This document shows, in pieces, positions 1 to 10,594 of a stretch of 64,000 bases of DNA. Numbering within the stretch: the stretch's first letter is position 1; each line of letters starts with the position of its first letter. The DNA comes from Turneriella sp. (GTDB lineage: Bacteria; Spirochaetota; Leptospiria; Turneriellales; Turneriellaceae): positions 1,632,001-1,696,000 of the forward strand of contig CBDIID010000003.1 in assembly GCA_965279515.1 (NCBI GenBank), written 5' to 3'. The notes under the pieces were generated by a model. It was not told where the DNA came from, did no database searches, and saw only the letters and a program-made list of their open reading frames with translations. Position numbers and translations under genes: made by a program.

Positions 1-69
1 CTTTTCTCTGCATTCGTCTGGGGAATCATCGCTCTCTTCACAACACCGGGCCTGGGCGCGCCGCGCTAA
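1..69 (+). CDS. 3' end of a probable membrane protein (partial, runs off window)
   Basis: Frame 1 open from base 1 to TAA at 67-69; hydrophobic LFSAFVWGIIALF. Confidence 0.3.
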   Translation, partial: LFSAFVWGIIALFTTPGLGAPR

Positions 70-91
70 TGCGTTGCATCGCCTGTGCTGT

Positions 92-328
92 TTAAAAATC
101 CGAAACCGATCTGCCTTCGTAAATCATGGAAAATTTATCGTCAAAAACCTGGGAAGCAAAGTGCTCGGTACTCCAGTTAGAGGCGATGTTGTCGGCATAC
201 TGCCGTGCATCCTCAAACCCCATGAAATCGTGGATCGCCAGCTTGCCGCTGTGGTCTTTGGAAACAACGCGGAAAGTTCCCCTGCGGAGCGGTTCGGATT
301 TAGCCATGGCGAGATAAATTTCCTGCAT
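92..328 (-). CDS. small hypothetical protein
   Basis: 78-aa ORF with protein-like composition downstream of tRNA-Val; start may be 307. Confidence 0.5.
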   Translation of the reverse strand: MQEIYLAMAKSEPLRRGTFRVVSKDHSGKLAIHDFMGFEDARQYADNIASNWSTEHFASQVFDDKFSMIYEGRSVSDF

Positions 329-394
329 GGGTTCAGGGCTATCGGGCCCGACTCAGGCGGAATCGTAAACAATTTTTGAGATTTTCAGGGAATG

Positions 395-468
395 TGGGCG
401 ATGTAAGATTCGAACTTACGACCCCCTGCTTGTAAGGCAGGTGCTCTAACCAACTGAGCTAATCGCCC
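395..468 (-). tRNA. tRNA-Val (anticodon TAC)
   Basis: Reverse complement GGGCGATTAGCTCAGTTGGTTAGAGCA-CCTGC-CT-TAC-AA-GCAGG-GGGTCGTAAGTTCGAATCTTACATCGCCCA; cloverleaf with TTCGA T-loop; CCA not encoded. Confidence 0.97.
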
Positions 469-480
469 TTTAAAGGAGTC

Positions 481-756
481 TTACGCTGCCGGAGCGGCAG
501 CTTTTTTCAGCAAATGCGCCGTGCGGGATTTCTTACGCGCGGCCGCATTTTTATGAACCAGGTTCTTCTTCGCAGCTTTATCAACGAGAGAAATTAACTG
601 GCTTTGCGCTTTGATTGCCTCATCGAGCTTCTTCTCAGCGACAAGTGCGCGCAGCTTTTTTTCCTGCGTACGGATCGCAGACTTCTGCGCCTGATTTTTT
701 GTACGGCGCTTTTCGTTCTGGCGTGTGCGCTTTTTTGCTGAAGCTATATTTGGCAT
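481..756 (-). CDS. rpsT: 30S ribosomal protein S20
   Basis: MPNIASAKKR...HKNAAARKKSR signature. Confidence 0.98.
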   Translation of the reverse strand: MPNIASAKKRTRQNEKRRTKNQAQKSAIRTQEKKLRALVAEKKLDEAIKAQSQLISLVDKAAKKNLVHKNAAARKKSRTAHLLKKAAAPAA

Positions 757-819
757 TTTTTAACCTGTCCTGATCCCTATTGTGTAGGCAATATCTGGCT
801 TTGAGTCATGGCGTCAATC

Positions 820-1989
820 CTACTTGAACACGCCTGACTTGTCGGTTTTTTCCCAGGTAAAAGAATTTTGCCCTTCGCGGCCAAAATGGCCGTACGCTGC
901 GGTCGGACGATACTTGATGTTACGCAAATTCAGGGCTTCGCGGATGCCCCGCGGTGTCAGGTCAAAATTCGCTTCGATGAGCTTTTCGATTTTGTCATCG
1001 CCGATTTTTCCTGTGCCGAACGTATTCACAACGAGTGAAACGGGTTTGGCGACACCGATCGCATACGCCACCTGGATTTCACACTGGTCTGCGATGCCTG
1101 AAGCGACAACATTCTTTGCAACGTAGCGCATCATGTACGCGGCGCTGCGGTCAACCTTTGATGGGTCTTTACCGCTGAACGCGCCGCCGCCGTGACGGCC
1201 ATAACCGCCATAAGTGTCGACGATAATCTTGCGGCCCGTCAGACCGCAATCTCCGTGAGGACCGCCGACGACAAAACGACCGGTAGGATTGATATAATAA
1301 TTCGTGCCTTTGAGAAGTTCCGCGGGCAAAACCTTTTTTACGCACATTTCGATGACCTGTTCGGAGAGTTTAGCGTGCTCCACATCGGGTGTATGCTGCG
1401 TGGAAACGACAACCGTTTGAATTCCGACCGGCTTGCCTTTTTCATAGCGCACGGTGACCTGTGATTTTGCATCCGGGCGCAGGAAAGCGAGTGTATTGCT
1501 TTTGCGCAGGGCCGTCAGCTCTTCGAGAATCTTATGTGCGTAGTAGATCGGCATAGGCATGAGCGCGGCGGTTTCATTAATGGCGAAACCAAACATCATA
1601 CCCTGGTCACCCGCCCCTTCTTCCTTGTGCAGGCCGTCGCCGGTCACACCTTGGGCGATATCCTGTGATTGTTCATGCAGCAGAACGTGCACTTTTGCAG
1701 TTTTCGCGTCAAAACCGATATCATCGTGCACATAACCGATATCTCTCATGACATCGCGGGCGATCTGCTCGATCTTGTCTTTGCCGATCGAACCTTTGGG
1801 CGATGTGGAGATCTCACCCGCTACGGTCACATGATCCGTCGTGGTCAGAGATTCGCAGGCAACACGCGTTGTGTTGTCGAGGGCTAAGTAGGCATCGAGA
1901 ACCGCGTCGGAAATCTGATCGCAAACTTTATCGGGGTGGCCTTCTGAGACAGACTCAGAAGTGAATACAAAATCACGTTGTTGAAACAT
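820..1989 (-). CDS. metK: S-adenosylmethionine synthetase
   Basis: [28 protein letters not shown] motifs; start trimmed to ATG at 1989. Confidence 0.98.
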   Translation of the reverse strand: MFQQRDFVFTSESVSEGHPDKVCDQISDAVLDAYLALDNTTRVACESLTTTDHVTVAGEISTSPKGSIGKDKIEQIARDVMRDIGYVHDDIGFDAKTAKVHVLLHEQSQDIAQGVTGDGLHKEEGAGDQGMMFGFAINETAALMPMPIYYAHKILEELTALRKSNTLAFLRPDAKSQVTVRYEKGKPVGIQTVVVSTQHTPDVEHAKLSEQVIEMCVKKVLPAELLKGTNYYINPTGRFVVGGPHGDCGLTGRKIIVDTYGGYGRHGGGAFSGKDPSKVDRSAAYMMRYVAKNVVASGIADQCEIQVAYAIGVAKPVSLVVNTFGTGKIGDDKIEKLIEANFDLTPRGIREALNLRNIKYRPTAAYGHFGREGQNSFTWEKTDKSGVFK

Positions 1990-2171
1990 GCGCTCAAACC
2001 GGAGTTTCTGACAGGTTGTAAAGGACTTTACCGGGGTTAGGCAGTTCATCCCAAACAGGTCTGCTGAGACGAAACATGCAGTGATTGTACGACATACAAC
2101 CGATTGTTTTCCAAACCGAAAAAATGCCGGCGAAAGGCTTGACGGAAGCGACGGGCAATATACAGGGCGCA

Positions 2172-3101
2172 ATGTCTGAATTGAAGAATGAGACGCAGGT
2201 TGCGCTCAAAGGCAGATTCCGCGCCCCCAATATGCGCTACTATGGCCAATTCTTTTTTCTGATCAACCAGAAGGGCGGCTATATTGATGTCGCTTCGCTC
2301 GTCATCACGGTTGGGTCTGAACTTTTTAACGCCCTGACGCCCTCAGACTCGTGGAAAAAATACGAAGCGCTGATTAACAAGCTCAAGTACGAGAATAAGT
2401 ATTCGCAGGCGATCACGAGCGAGTTCCAGGCAAAACTCAAGCAACTTTCCCTGGATAAACAATTCTTTTCCGACCTGCTGAAAGCCATGCACGGAGGCAA
2501 ACAAGAGACGCTGAATTTTCTGCTCGCGGGTTTTTATCGCCGCGTGATTAAGGACGACGAGTTCTACCTGGAATCTCACGCAGAGAAAGCAACCCTGAAC
2601 GGGGGTGAAGAAGAAAAGACCGAAGATTCTGCAGGTGCCGCGGGCGGCGAAGATCTGGGGAACTACATGCCAATAAAACTGGATCTCGACCCGATCGGCG
2701 GCAGGGACGTCAAAGAGCTGAGGCCTGGTGATAAAATTCTTGTGCGCATTCTTCCGCAAAACGACCGCGCCAACGCCTACATCGACACGGCGGGGCTGAG
2801 AACCGAAAGCGGCTTCATTAAATCGGCACCGTTCATCATCACAAGCGTCACATACCCGGGTGTCGGCGTTGAGCTTATCGGCAAAATCGCCGAAGGTGTT
2901 CATGGCCGTATCGTCGAAGAGCAGAATGTTCTCGTGCGCACAACCGAACCCGTCAAAAAACCCACATCGCAGGCTGTCGCGCAGCCGGCGCTAGCCTCGG
3001 GCACACCGGGCGATAAAAAACAAATAATGGTCATCGGCGGCGGCATTGCCGGCGCGGTGATTCTCGCAATTATTCTCTACTTTGTGATTTCAAAACTGTA
3101 A
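2172..3101 (+). CDS. hypothetical protein with C-terminal transmembrane anchor
   Basis: Long ORF (track start 2085, likely ATG 2172); hydrophobic tail [22 protein letters not shown]. Confidence 0.75.
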   Translation: MSELKNETQVALKGRFRAPNMRYYGQFFFLINQKGGYIDVASLVITVGSELFNALTPSDSWKKYEALINKLKYENKYSQAITSEFQAKLKQLSLDKQFFSDLLKAMHGGKQETLNFLLAGFYRRVIKDDEFYLESHAEKATLNGGEEEKTEDSAGAAGGEDLGNYMPIKLDLDPIGGRDVKELRPGDKILVRILPQNDRANAYIDTAGLRTESGFIKSAPFIITSVTYPGVGVELIGKIAEGVHGRIVEEQNVLVRTTEPVKKPTSQAVAQPALASGTPGDKKQIMVIGGGIAGAVILAIILYFVISKL

Positions 3102-3104
3102 AAA

Positions 3105-4358
3105 TTACACGAATGTAAAGACCGTAATCTCGGGCGGACAGGCGATGCGTAGCGGAAACCAATGCCCGAGCCCACGGTTGACGTAGAGCTGAGAGCCGTT
3201 TTCTTCGTAGTGATCGATATAATATTTATATCCCCAGCGCGCGCCGTTCATCAGCGACTCGCGGTCCCGGGAAAACTGGATCTGCCCGCCATGCGTATGC
3301 CCTGAAAGCACAAGATCGACCTTTTGTGTTTTCAGAAATTCAAAATCTGACGGATGGTGGTTGAGCACAATCGTTGGGCGGTCCGCGCGCAGTTTTTTCT
3401 GCACTTCGCGGAAATAGCCCTCCGCGAGCTCGGCCCGCCGGCTGCCGAGCGGAGGATAATCCAAACCGGCAATTTGCAACAAGGCCCGGCCGCGCCTGAG
3501 TTCGAAAACTTCGTTGCGCAGCATGTTCATGCCGGCATCGCCGAAACTCTGCGCGGCCTTGTCGCCGTTATCGATATAGTCATGGTTGCCCATGATGCCA
3601 ATCACATGCCCCCAGGGCAGCAGGGCACGTAGCTGCGAGAAATATTTTCCCGCCAAGGGTAAGAATGCGTTGTTATTGTCGATGATGTCACCGGTGACGA
3701 AAACATAGTCAGGCTTCGCCTGCCGGATTAACCCCAGCGTAAAATCCAGGTACTTTTCGTGGATTAAATTGCCGATGTGGATATCCGAAAGCTGCACCGC
3801 CTTCAGCCCCTTCAGATCATCGTGCAGGTTCTTTATTTTTATCTGCTTTTCGTTTACCCAAATCTCGCGCGAGCCCAGGAACATGCCGCTGATGGCGACA
3901 GCACTTGTCGCTGCGGGCAAGAGATTGATGCCGAGCGCAGCAACGCCGCCTGCCTTGCGGAGAAAATCCCCGCGGGACATACCATCGCTGTGCTCGCGAT
4001 CGGGATCCATCACCGGCGCACCTTTAAAAATACGTTTCAGTATCATCGCCAGCAGCCAGAGGACTGAAATCGGCAAAAGCCAGATAAAATGCGAATAATT
4101 TATCGCAAGCAGAACCTTATGGATCGGGATATACCATTCCGGAAATGCGCCCGTCAGACCACGGCCGGGATACACAATCGCAAACCAGAGAATGCTTTGG
4201 CAGACGACGAGAATGGTGAAATAAACCGCACGGTAAATTTTGAAGCGCTTTGACGCGGCAAAGCGGGCAGATATTTTTTTCCAGATGACAATCTGGAAAA
4301 AAAGCAGCGACAAAGTGATCGTCGCAAATATCAGCTTAAAAGCAATGACGCGGTTCAT
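3105..4358 (-). CDS. membrane-bound metallophosphoesterase (YkuE-like)
   Basis: N-terminal TM helices; SDIH, TGDIID, GNHD, HHP, GHTHGGQ motifs. Confidence 0.92.
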   Translation of the reverse strand: MNRVIAFKLIFATITLSLLFFQIVIWKKISARFAASKRFKIYRAVYFTILVVCQSILWFAIVYPGRGLTGAFPEWYIPIHKVLLAINYSHFIWLLPISVLWLLAMILKRIFKGAPVMDPDREHSDGMSRGDFLRKAGGVAALGINLLPAATSAVAISGMFLGSREIWVNEKQIKIKNLHDDLKGLKAVQLSDIHIGNLIHEKYLDFTLGLIRQAKPDYVFVTGDIIDNNNAFLPLAGKYFSQLRALLPWGHVIGIMGNHDYIDNGDKAAQSFGDAGMNMLRNEVFELRRGRALLQIAGLDYPPLGSRRAELAEGYFREVQKKLRADRPTIVLNHHPSDFEFLKTQKVDLVLSGHTHGGQIQFSRDRESLMNGARWGYKYYIDHYEENGSQLYVNRGLGHWFPLRIACPPEITVFTFV

Positions 4359-4362
4359 CGTG

Positions 4363-6732
4363 TCAGGATTTTTTTACCGGACGCTTTGCTGCCGCGGCTT
4401 TCTTTGCTGCCTTCGCCACCGGCTTCACTTTGGCGGGCTTCTTTTCAGCCACGGGTGTTTCCGGCTTTTTTAAAGGACCTTTCGTTATCTTATCGATTTC
4501 CAGTTTATCGTCCTTGCGCGTGATGAGCACTTCATCGCCCGCTTTCACGCGGTCGTCGATGATCGCATCGGTGATGATGTCACGCAGGGTATCCTGGAAG
4601 AGCCGCGCCATCGGCCGCGCGCCCATCACCGGATCATAACCTTTCTCGGCGAGGTAAGAGCGCGCCGCAGCGGTGAGGGCGATGGTAATCTCTTTTTCAA
4701 CGAGCTGCGTGTTGAGCAGGGCGAGGTTCTTATCGACAATCTTGTCGAGCACGCCGTCGGCGAGGCGGTCAAAGACCACCACGTCGTCGAGACGGTTCAG
4801 GAATTCGGGTGTAAAGAACGTCTTCAGTGCCGACTTGACGTGCGCGGCGCCTTTGGACTTGTCTTCAAAACCGATGCGCGCGGTATTGAGCTCGGAAGAA
4901 CCCGCATTGGACGTCATGATCAGCAGCACATGGCGGAAATCCGCCTTTTTGCCTGTCGCATCGGTGACGGTCGCATAGTCCATGATCTGCAGCAGGGTGT
5001 TGAAGACGTCGGGGTGGGCCTTCTCGATCTCGTCGAGCAGCAGCACCGAGCGCGGGTGCTTGCGTATCTGGTCGGTCAGCTGCGCGCCCTGATCGAAACC
5101 GACATAACCCGGGGGTGAACCCAACAGCCGCGAGATCGAATGTTTCTCCATATACTCGCTCATGTCAAAACGGATGAGCTCCACGCCGAGTTCGGCAGCA
5201 ATCGCGCGCGTGAGTTCTGTTTTACCGGTGCCGGTGGGGCCGGTGAAGAGAAAACTGCCGATTGGTTTCGTTTTATTGCCAAGGCCCGCGCGGTGGCGTT
5301 TGATCGCGCGCGCGATTTTTTCGACCGCCGCATCTTGCCCGTAGATTTTCTTTTTCAGATTATCGGCGATGGATTTCAGGCCCGCGCCTTCGCTGCCGCT
5401 ATATTGCTCCAGGTTGACGTTCGCGAGGCGCGAAACAATACCCCTGAGATCGTTTTCTGTTACCTCACGCTGCTCGGGCTTATAGATATGCAGAGAAGCA
5501 CCGGCTTCATCGACAACGTCGATGGCTTTATCGGGCAAATAGCGTTCGTTGATATGCTCAGCCGAGAGATCGACTGCGCGGCGCAGAATTTCATCCGAAT
5601 AAGAAACCTCGTGGTAGTCTTCATAGAGTTTGCGCAGGCCTAAAAGAATCGCATAGGCGTCGTCGGCGCTCGGCTCGCCGATATCAACTTTCTGGAAACG
5701 GCGCGAGAGCGCGCGGTCTTTTTCAAAGTAGCGGCGGTATTCTTCGTAGGTTGTCGCCCCGACGCAGCGCATGTCGCCGCGCGTCAGCACGGGCTTCAGC
5801 ATATTCGCCGCGTCCATGCTGTCGCCGCGCGTGGCACCGGCGCCGACGATCTGGTGTATCTCGTCGATGTAGAGAATGACTTTCTTCTTCGCCGAAAGCG
5901 CGGCGATGATCGCCTGCATGCGTTCTTCAAAGTCGCCGCGGTAGCGTGTGCCGGCAACCAGCGAGCTGACGTCGATCGAATAGATCTGGTAACCCTTGAT
6001 GCGGTCGGGTACATCACCATCGACAATCTTTTGCGCAAGTCCGCGCATGATCGCCGTTTTACCGACGCCGGGCTCGCCCACGTGCAACGCATTATTCTTA
6101 TTGCGGCGGCAGAGAATCTCCATCGTGCGGTTGAGCTCGGGTACGCGGCCGATCAGGGCATCGTATTTGCCGGCAGAGGCTTCAGCCGTCATATTGACGG
6201 TGAATTGTTTGAGAATGCGTTCGGGATCATTTTGCCCTGCAGATGCCTGGCCTTCTTCACCGGCGTTTTCCGCGACCTCACCATGCTCGTCACCCGCAGG
6301 TGCCCCCGTATGGGGTGTCATGCCATGGGTGATGTAACGCAGCACGCGTGCGCGGGTAATATTTTGTTTTTCCAGAAAGTAGACGGCGTATGAATCGCGC
6401 TGCCTGAAGATGCCGTCGAAGATGTCAGCGATCGAGAGCTCGCGGTTATTATTCAGAATCAGGCGCACGAGCAGCATTTCGCGAAAATTGGCCAACGCCG
6501 CCGACTCGGCGATCTCAGATGCGGACTCGAGATCCTGATCATAGGTCTGTATGTGGTTGGTGAGGTCGCGGCGCAGCTCTTCGACATTGCAGCGCAGGTC
6601 ACGCAGAATCTCGAGGCCTGCGTCGTCTTCGGTCACCGCGAGCAAAAGGTGCTCGAAGGTGATAATTGAGTTCTTGTGGTCGCGCGCAATATCGAATGCA
6701 CGCTGGTGTATTTTTTCTACGGAATTAGCCAA
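4363..6732 (-). CDS. clpA: ATP-dependent Clp protease ATP-binding subunit ClpA
   Basis: Two Walker A motifs (GEPGVGKT, GPTGTGKT), RFDMSEY, next to clpS; TTG start at 6732 follows an AAGGAG RBS. Confidence 0.95.
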   Translation of the reverse strand: MANSVEKIHQRAFDIARDHKNSIITFEHLLLAVTEDDAGLEILRDLRCNVEELRRDLTNHIQTYDQDLESASEIAESAALANFREMLLVRLILNNNRELSIADIFDGIFRQRDSYAVYFLEKQNITRARVLRYITHGMTPHTGAPAGDEHGEVAENAGEEGQASAGQNDPERILKQFTVNMTAEASAGKYDALIGRVPELNRTMEILCRRNKNNALHVGEPGVGKTAIMRGLAQKIVDGDVPDRIKGYQIYSIDVSSLVAGTRYRGDFEERMQAIIAALSAKKKVILYIDEIHQIVGAGATRGDSMDAANMLKPVLTRGDMRCVGATTYEEYRRYFEKDRALSRRFQKVDIGEPSADDAYAILLGLRKLYEDYHEVSYSDEILRRAVDLSAEHINERYLPDKAIDVVDEAGASLHIYKPEQREVTENDLRGIVSRLANVNLEQYSGSEGAGLKSIADNLKKKIYGQDAAVEKIARAIKRHRAGLGNKTKPIGSFLFTGPTGTGKTELTRAIAAELGVELIRFDMSEYMEKHSISRLLGSPPGYVGFDQGAQLTDQIRKHPRSVLLLDEIEKAHPDVFNTLLQIMDYATVTDATGKKADFRHVLLIMTSNAGSSELNTARIGFEDKSKGAAHVKSALKTFFTPEFLNRLDDVVVFDRLADGVLDKIVDKNLALLNTQLVEKEITIALTAAARSYLAEKGYDPVMGARPMARLFQDTLRDIITDAIIDDRVKAGDEVLITRKDDKLEIDKITKGPLKKPETPVAEKKPAKVKPVAKAAKKAAAAKRPVKKS

Positions 6733-6773
6733 CCAAAGCTCCTTGCCCAAAATGGTGCTTCAAAGAATGAACC

Positions 6774-6870
6774 GCAAAGGCAGCGAAGTTACGCAAAGTT
6801 CCGGATAAGCAGGCAACCTGGCAAGCCAGCCACTGCATGAAATAACTTTGCGTAACTCTGCGTACTTTGC
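6774..6870. repeat. 27-bp imperfect inverted repeat (REP/MITE-like) between clpS and clpA
   Basis: AGTTACGCAAAGTT (6787-6800) is the perfect complement of AACTTTGCGTAACT (6844-6857); arms extend to GCAAAG/CTTTGC, 22/27 matches. Confidence 0.8.
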
Positions 6871-6899
6871 ATTTTTCCTGAATATTCATGCTCATACTA

Positions 6900-7205
6900 T
6901 CATTCCGGTTCAGTTTTGCACGCAAGGGGAAATCCCTCTTGTTCTGCATGCGCCATTACCTGTTTTGATTTAGTCTCGGCCACTTCGCGGGGGTAAATGC
7001 CGGCGATGCCGCTGCCGTTATTGTGGACATCGAGCATGATACGCTTCGCCTCGTGTTCGTTTTTTTGAAAGTATTTCTGCAAAATATAGATCACGAACTC
7101 CATGGTGGTGTAGTTGTCGTTGAGTAAGATCACCTTATAGAGCTTGGGTTTCTTTGCCCGGGTGAGTACATCTGATTCGTCATCGTGCCGCGCACCCGTC
7201 GCCAT
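6900..7205 (-). CDS. clpS: Clp protease adaptor ClpS
   Basis: YKVILLNDNYTTMEFV, AETK, FPL motifs. Confidence 0.96.
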   Translation of the reverse strand: MATGARHDDESDVLTRAKKPKLYKVILLNDNYTTMEFVIYILQKYFQKNEHEAKRIMLDVHNNGSGIAGIYPREVAETKSKQVMAHAEQEGFPLACKTEPE

Positions 7206-7284
7206 ACCTATGAAATATAACACAATATAAGGGGGGAATCAAAAATATCTTGAAACGCCGACTTTCCTTTGGATTCTGGCGGGA

Positions 7285-7626
7285 ATGGATAAGGTGCAGA
7301 TTAAAGACGTCGCCGTCGGACAAGCCATCGCCTACCTGCACGGTCGCCTCGACGTTGCGGTTTCGGGCGAGGTCGAAGAACATCTCTTAAAGACCATCGA
7401 TACCAAGGCGATTAAACACCTGATTCTCAACATGGCAGACGTCGAATACATGTCATCCTCGGGCTTTCGCGTCATGATCGCGCTGCTGCGCAAACTCAAA
7501 GACCTCAAGGGCTCGCTGAAGATCTGCTGCGTGCGCCCTGCGGTGAAACGCATCTTCGACGTCATTGAACTGACCACCCTCTTCGACATGTTTGAAACCG
7601 AAGAAGCGGCAATCGCCGCCAAATAA
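7285..7626 (+). CDS. STAS-domain anti-sigma factor antagonist
   Basis: GRLD, LNMADVEYMSSSG phospho-Ser motif. Confidence 0.92.
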   Translation: MDKVQIKDVAVGQAIAYLHGRLDVAVSGEVEEHLLKTIDTKAIKHLILNMADVEYMSSSGFRVMIALLRKLKDLKGSLKICCVRPAVKRIFDVIELTTLFDMFETEEAAIAAK

Positions 7627-7628
7627 TA

Positions 7629-8393
7629 GTGGGATTACCCCCGGTGCTGATCCGGCTTTTGCTTTGCAGTCTTTTCCTTCTTTTACCCCTATTTGCCCAG
7701 AGTGACCTGAATGTCCTCAGCGGCCGCTTTGTGCCCGATAAGAACCCGTCGTTCCGGGCTGTGCCGGCCAAATACAACATGGGTACGACACAGTACCTCA
7801 ACATCGATGCGCTGGCGGCTTTTTTGAAGCTTGCCAGGCTCGCCGAGGCGAATGGTTATAATATCAAGATCGTTTCCGGTACGCGCAACTTCAATACGCA
7901 GAAGGCGATCTGGGAACAAAAATTTTCCGGCAGCCGCAAGGTCGGCGGTAAGAATTTAGCCGAGTCTGTCAAAGACGAAGAAAAGCGCGCGCTAGAAATT
8001 TTACGCTATTCTTCGATGCCCGGCACCTCGCGCCACCACTGGGGTACCGATCTTGACCTGCATGAAACGAAACTCACAGGTCCAGCGCTGCACAACCAGA
8101 CATTCAAAACGGGCCGCGGCAAAGAGTTCCACACCTGGCTGACCCAGAATGCGCCGCAGTTCGGCTTTTGCCAGCCGTACACGGGTAACCCCAGTACGCG
8201 CAACGGCGGTAAATTCGCGCGCGGCTACCAGGAAGAGAGCTGGCACTGGTCGTATAAGCCGATCTCTGCCGAATACCTGCGCACTTACCAGGGCCAGGCA
8301 GCGGCGATGAAGCCGAAGGGCTATGCAGGCGACAAAGCTGCCTCGCATTTTTATATGGATTACGTCCAGAACATCGATCCCTCCTGCTTGTAG
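7629..8393 (+). CDS. D-Ala-D-Ala carboxypeptidase, M15B/VanY family
   Basis: Signal peptide; SGTR, PGTSRHHWGTDLD, EESWHW motifs. Confidence 0.9.
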   Translation: MGLPPVLIRLLLCSLFLLLPLFAQSDLNVLSGRFVPDKNPSFRAVPAKYNMGTTQYLNIDALAAFLKLARLAEANGYNIKIVSGTRNFNTQKAIWEQKFSGSRKVGGKNLAESVKDEEKRALEILRYSSMPGTSRHHWGTDLDLHETKLTGPALHNQTFKTGRGKEFHTWLTQNAPQFGFCQPYTGNPSTRNGGKFARGYQEESWHWSYKPISAEYLRTYQGQAAAMKPKGYAGDKAASHFYMDYVQNIDPSCL

Positions 8394-8398
8394 GTAAC

Positions 8399-9697
8399 AT
8401 GGCCATAGAAAAAACCCTCGAATTGCCTTGCGGTGTGACGCTGAAGAACCGCCTCGCGAAATCAGCGATGAGTGAAAACATGGCTGTGAGAAATTTGCCC
8501 GACGAAAAGCTTACCCGCCTCTATGAAACCTGGGGTGAAGGAGAGCTCGGCCTCATCATCACCGGCAATATCATGGTCGACGGCGACGAATTGGGTGAAC
8601 CCAACAACGTGGTACTCGAAAACGATAAACACATCGATGCTTTTCGCCAATGGACAGCGGCCGCGAAAAAGCACGGCTCGCAGATCTGGGCACAGATCAA
8701 CCATCCCGGCCGGCAGGCGCCGTCAGCTATTTCGAAAGTCACTGTCGCGCCCTCGCCTGTAAAACTGAAACTGGGCAATCTCGGTTTTCGCATGCCGCAC
8801 GAGCTCACCGATGCTGAAGTCAAAGGTATTATTGCGCGTTTCGCGAACACTGCGCGCCTCTGTAAAGAAGCAGGTTTTGATGGCGTGCAGATCCACGGCG
8901 CGCACGGCTATCTTGTCAGCCAGTTTTTGTCGCCTCTCGCCAACCTAAGGAAAGATAGCTGGGGCGGTTCGATCGAAAACCGCATGCGCTTTGTCATCGA
9001 ACTCGTACGCGCGATGCGCGCCGCCGTCGGTAAAAAATTTCCGATCGGCATCAAGATCAACTCCGCCGATTTCCAGCGCGGCGGGTTCAGTGAAGAAGAT
9101 GCTGTCACCGTTGTAAAAGCCCTCGAAGCTGAGGGAATCGATCTGGTTGAAATTTCTGGTGGCACCTACGAGAGCGCTGCTATGACGGGCGCCAAAGGTG
9201 CGCTCGGCGAAACCGTCGCTGCTTCGACCGGAGCACAGGATGTGCCTGGGTCGACGCGCGACACGACGTCGCTCCGTGCGTCGACCGCCGCGCGCGAAGC
9301 CTATTTCCTCCCCTTTGCGGAAAAGATCAAAAAATCATTGAAGATCCCCCTCATGCTGACCGGCGGCTTTCGCTCTTCGGCCGCGATGAACCAGGCCATC
9401 GAATCGGGGGCCATCGACATCGCCGGTATCGCCCGCCCACTGGCGATGGAACCGCGCCTCGGCAAACGCCTCATCTCTGACGCCCATGCGCGCATTGAAC
9501 TCAAGCCCGTAAAAACCGGCATCGCCATGATTGACCGCATGGGCGTGCTCGAAATCGGTTATTATTCACTGCAGCTGAAACGTATCGGCGAAGGTAAAGA
9601 GCCGGATAAAAACCTCAGCGCCCTGGTCGCGCTGCCGCTTTTGGGACTCAACTATGGTTCGGGAATATTGCAGCGGTTTTTCAACCGCGACAAATAA
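8399..9697 (+). CDS. NADH:flavin oxidoreductase (old yellow enzyme family)
   Basis: NRLAKSAMSE, QINHPGRQ, HGAHGYLVSQFLSP motifs. Confidence 0.93.
   Translation: MAIEKTLELPCGVTLKNRLAKSAMSENMAVRNLPDEKLTRLYETWGEGELGLIITGNIMVDGDELGEPNNVVLENDKHIDAFRQWTAAAKKHGSQIWAQINHPGRQAPSAISKVTVAPSPVKLKLGNLGFRMPHELTDAEVKGIIARFANTARLCKEAGFDGVQIHGAHGYLVSQFLSPLANLRKDSWGGSIENRMRFVIELVRAMRAAVGKKFPIGIKINSADFQRGGFSEEDAVTVVKALEAEGIDLVEISGGTYESAAMTGAKGALGETVAASTGAQDVPGSTRDTTSLRASTAAREAYFLPFAEKIKKSLKIPLMLTGGFRSSAAMNQAIESGAIDIAGIARPLAMEPRLGKRLISDAHARIELKPVKTGIAMIDRMGVLEIGYYSLQLKRIGEGKEPDKNLSALVALPLLGLNYGSGILQRFFNRDK
9215..9272. repeat. GGA-loop palindromic element, in frame inside the oxidoreductase gene
   Basis: Nested stem GTCGC..TCGACC..GCACA-GGA-TGTGC..GGTCGA..GCGAC, then GCGAC-ACGAC-GTCGC. 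Confidence 0.65.
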
Positions 9698-9698
9698 T

Positions 9699-10538
9699 CT
9701 ACAGATACGTCTTGACCATATCTTCTGAAAGGCGCCAAAGTTTTTCCTGTTTTGTTTTATCGTAAGACTCTTTCGAAGAAGGGATTGCTTTTTTGTTGTC
9801 GAAATATTTAGCCGTAACTCCCGCTACTTCCGGCGATGAAGCGAGATAGACGCTTGTCTCGGCGCCCTGCGCGGTGCTCTTCAGCACCAGCCCTGCGACA
9901 AAACGGATAAAGCCCGGCATCTCGCGCGTGATGTCGCTGGCAATGACACCGGGATGCAGGCAGTTGACGGTGATTTTGCGCGCAGCGAGCCGCTCGGCGA
10001 GAACATAGGTAAACATGACGTTTGCGAGTTTCGACTGGCTGTACGCGGTGATCGAACCCCAGTTTTTTTTGAGCTCCGGATCGTCTAAGTTGATGCTGCG
10101 CCACGAATGCATCTTCGACGCGACGTTGATAATCCTACCGCCATCGCTGATATTCTTTAAGAGTAAATTGGTCAGTAAAAAGGGCGCGAGGTGATTTACG
10201 GCAAAGACGGTTTCGAGGCCATCTTCGGTTTTAGAAGCCTTTGTGGCATTGAGGCCGGCATTATTCACCAGAATATCAACCTGGGAAGCTTTGGCTGAAA
10301 TCTCGCCGGCGAGCTTTTTCACCGACTTGAAGGATGCAAAATCCACCGGCAGAAATTCGATCGCGGCGCCGGGTATTTCGGCACGCACTTCGGCGATGAG
10401 CGAGCCCCCCGCATCGGCATTGCGCCCTGTGAAAAGCACGCGGGCACCTAAACGCACGAGGGCGCGTACCGTTTCACGGCCGATTCCCGCCGTACCGCCG
10501 GTCACCACTGCCACCTTACCGCCCAGATTTGCCTGCAT
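9699..10538 (-). CDS. short-chain dehydrogenase/reductase (retinol dehydrogenase-like)
   Basis: VTGGTAGIG, NNAG, YSQSK, LHPG; start trimmed to MQANLG. Confidence 0.93.
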   Translation of the reverse strand: MQANLGGKVAVVTGGTAGIGRETVRALVRLGARVLFTGRNADAGGSLIAEVRAEIPGAAIEFLPVDFASFKSVKKLAGEISAKASQVDILVNNAGLNATKASKTEDGLETVFAVNHLAPFLLTNLLLKNISDGGRIINVASKMHSWRSINLDDPELKKNWGSITAYSQSKLANVMFTYVLAERLAARKITVNCLHPGVIASDITREMPGFIRFVAGLVLKSTAQGAETSVYLASSPEVAGVTAKYFDNKKAIPSSKESYDKTKQEKLWRLSEDMVKTYL

Positions 10539-10594
10539 AGTGCACCCACCCTGTAAATCGGTTGTCGGCGCAACGAAAAACCAAGGAATACGCA

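Noticed and set aside
330..395. tRNA-Val 3' end as an integration site
   Set aside because: No duplicated tRNA end or integrase in the window; too little flank to judge.
3930..3985. Internal Tat-like motif MSRGDFLRK as a separate exported protein
   Set aside because: This motif after the TM helices is usual in YkuE-like metallophosphoesterases and the frame is continuous.
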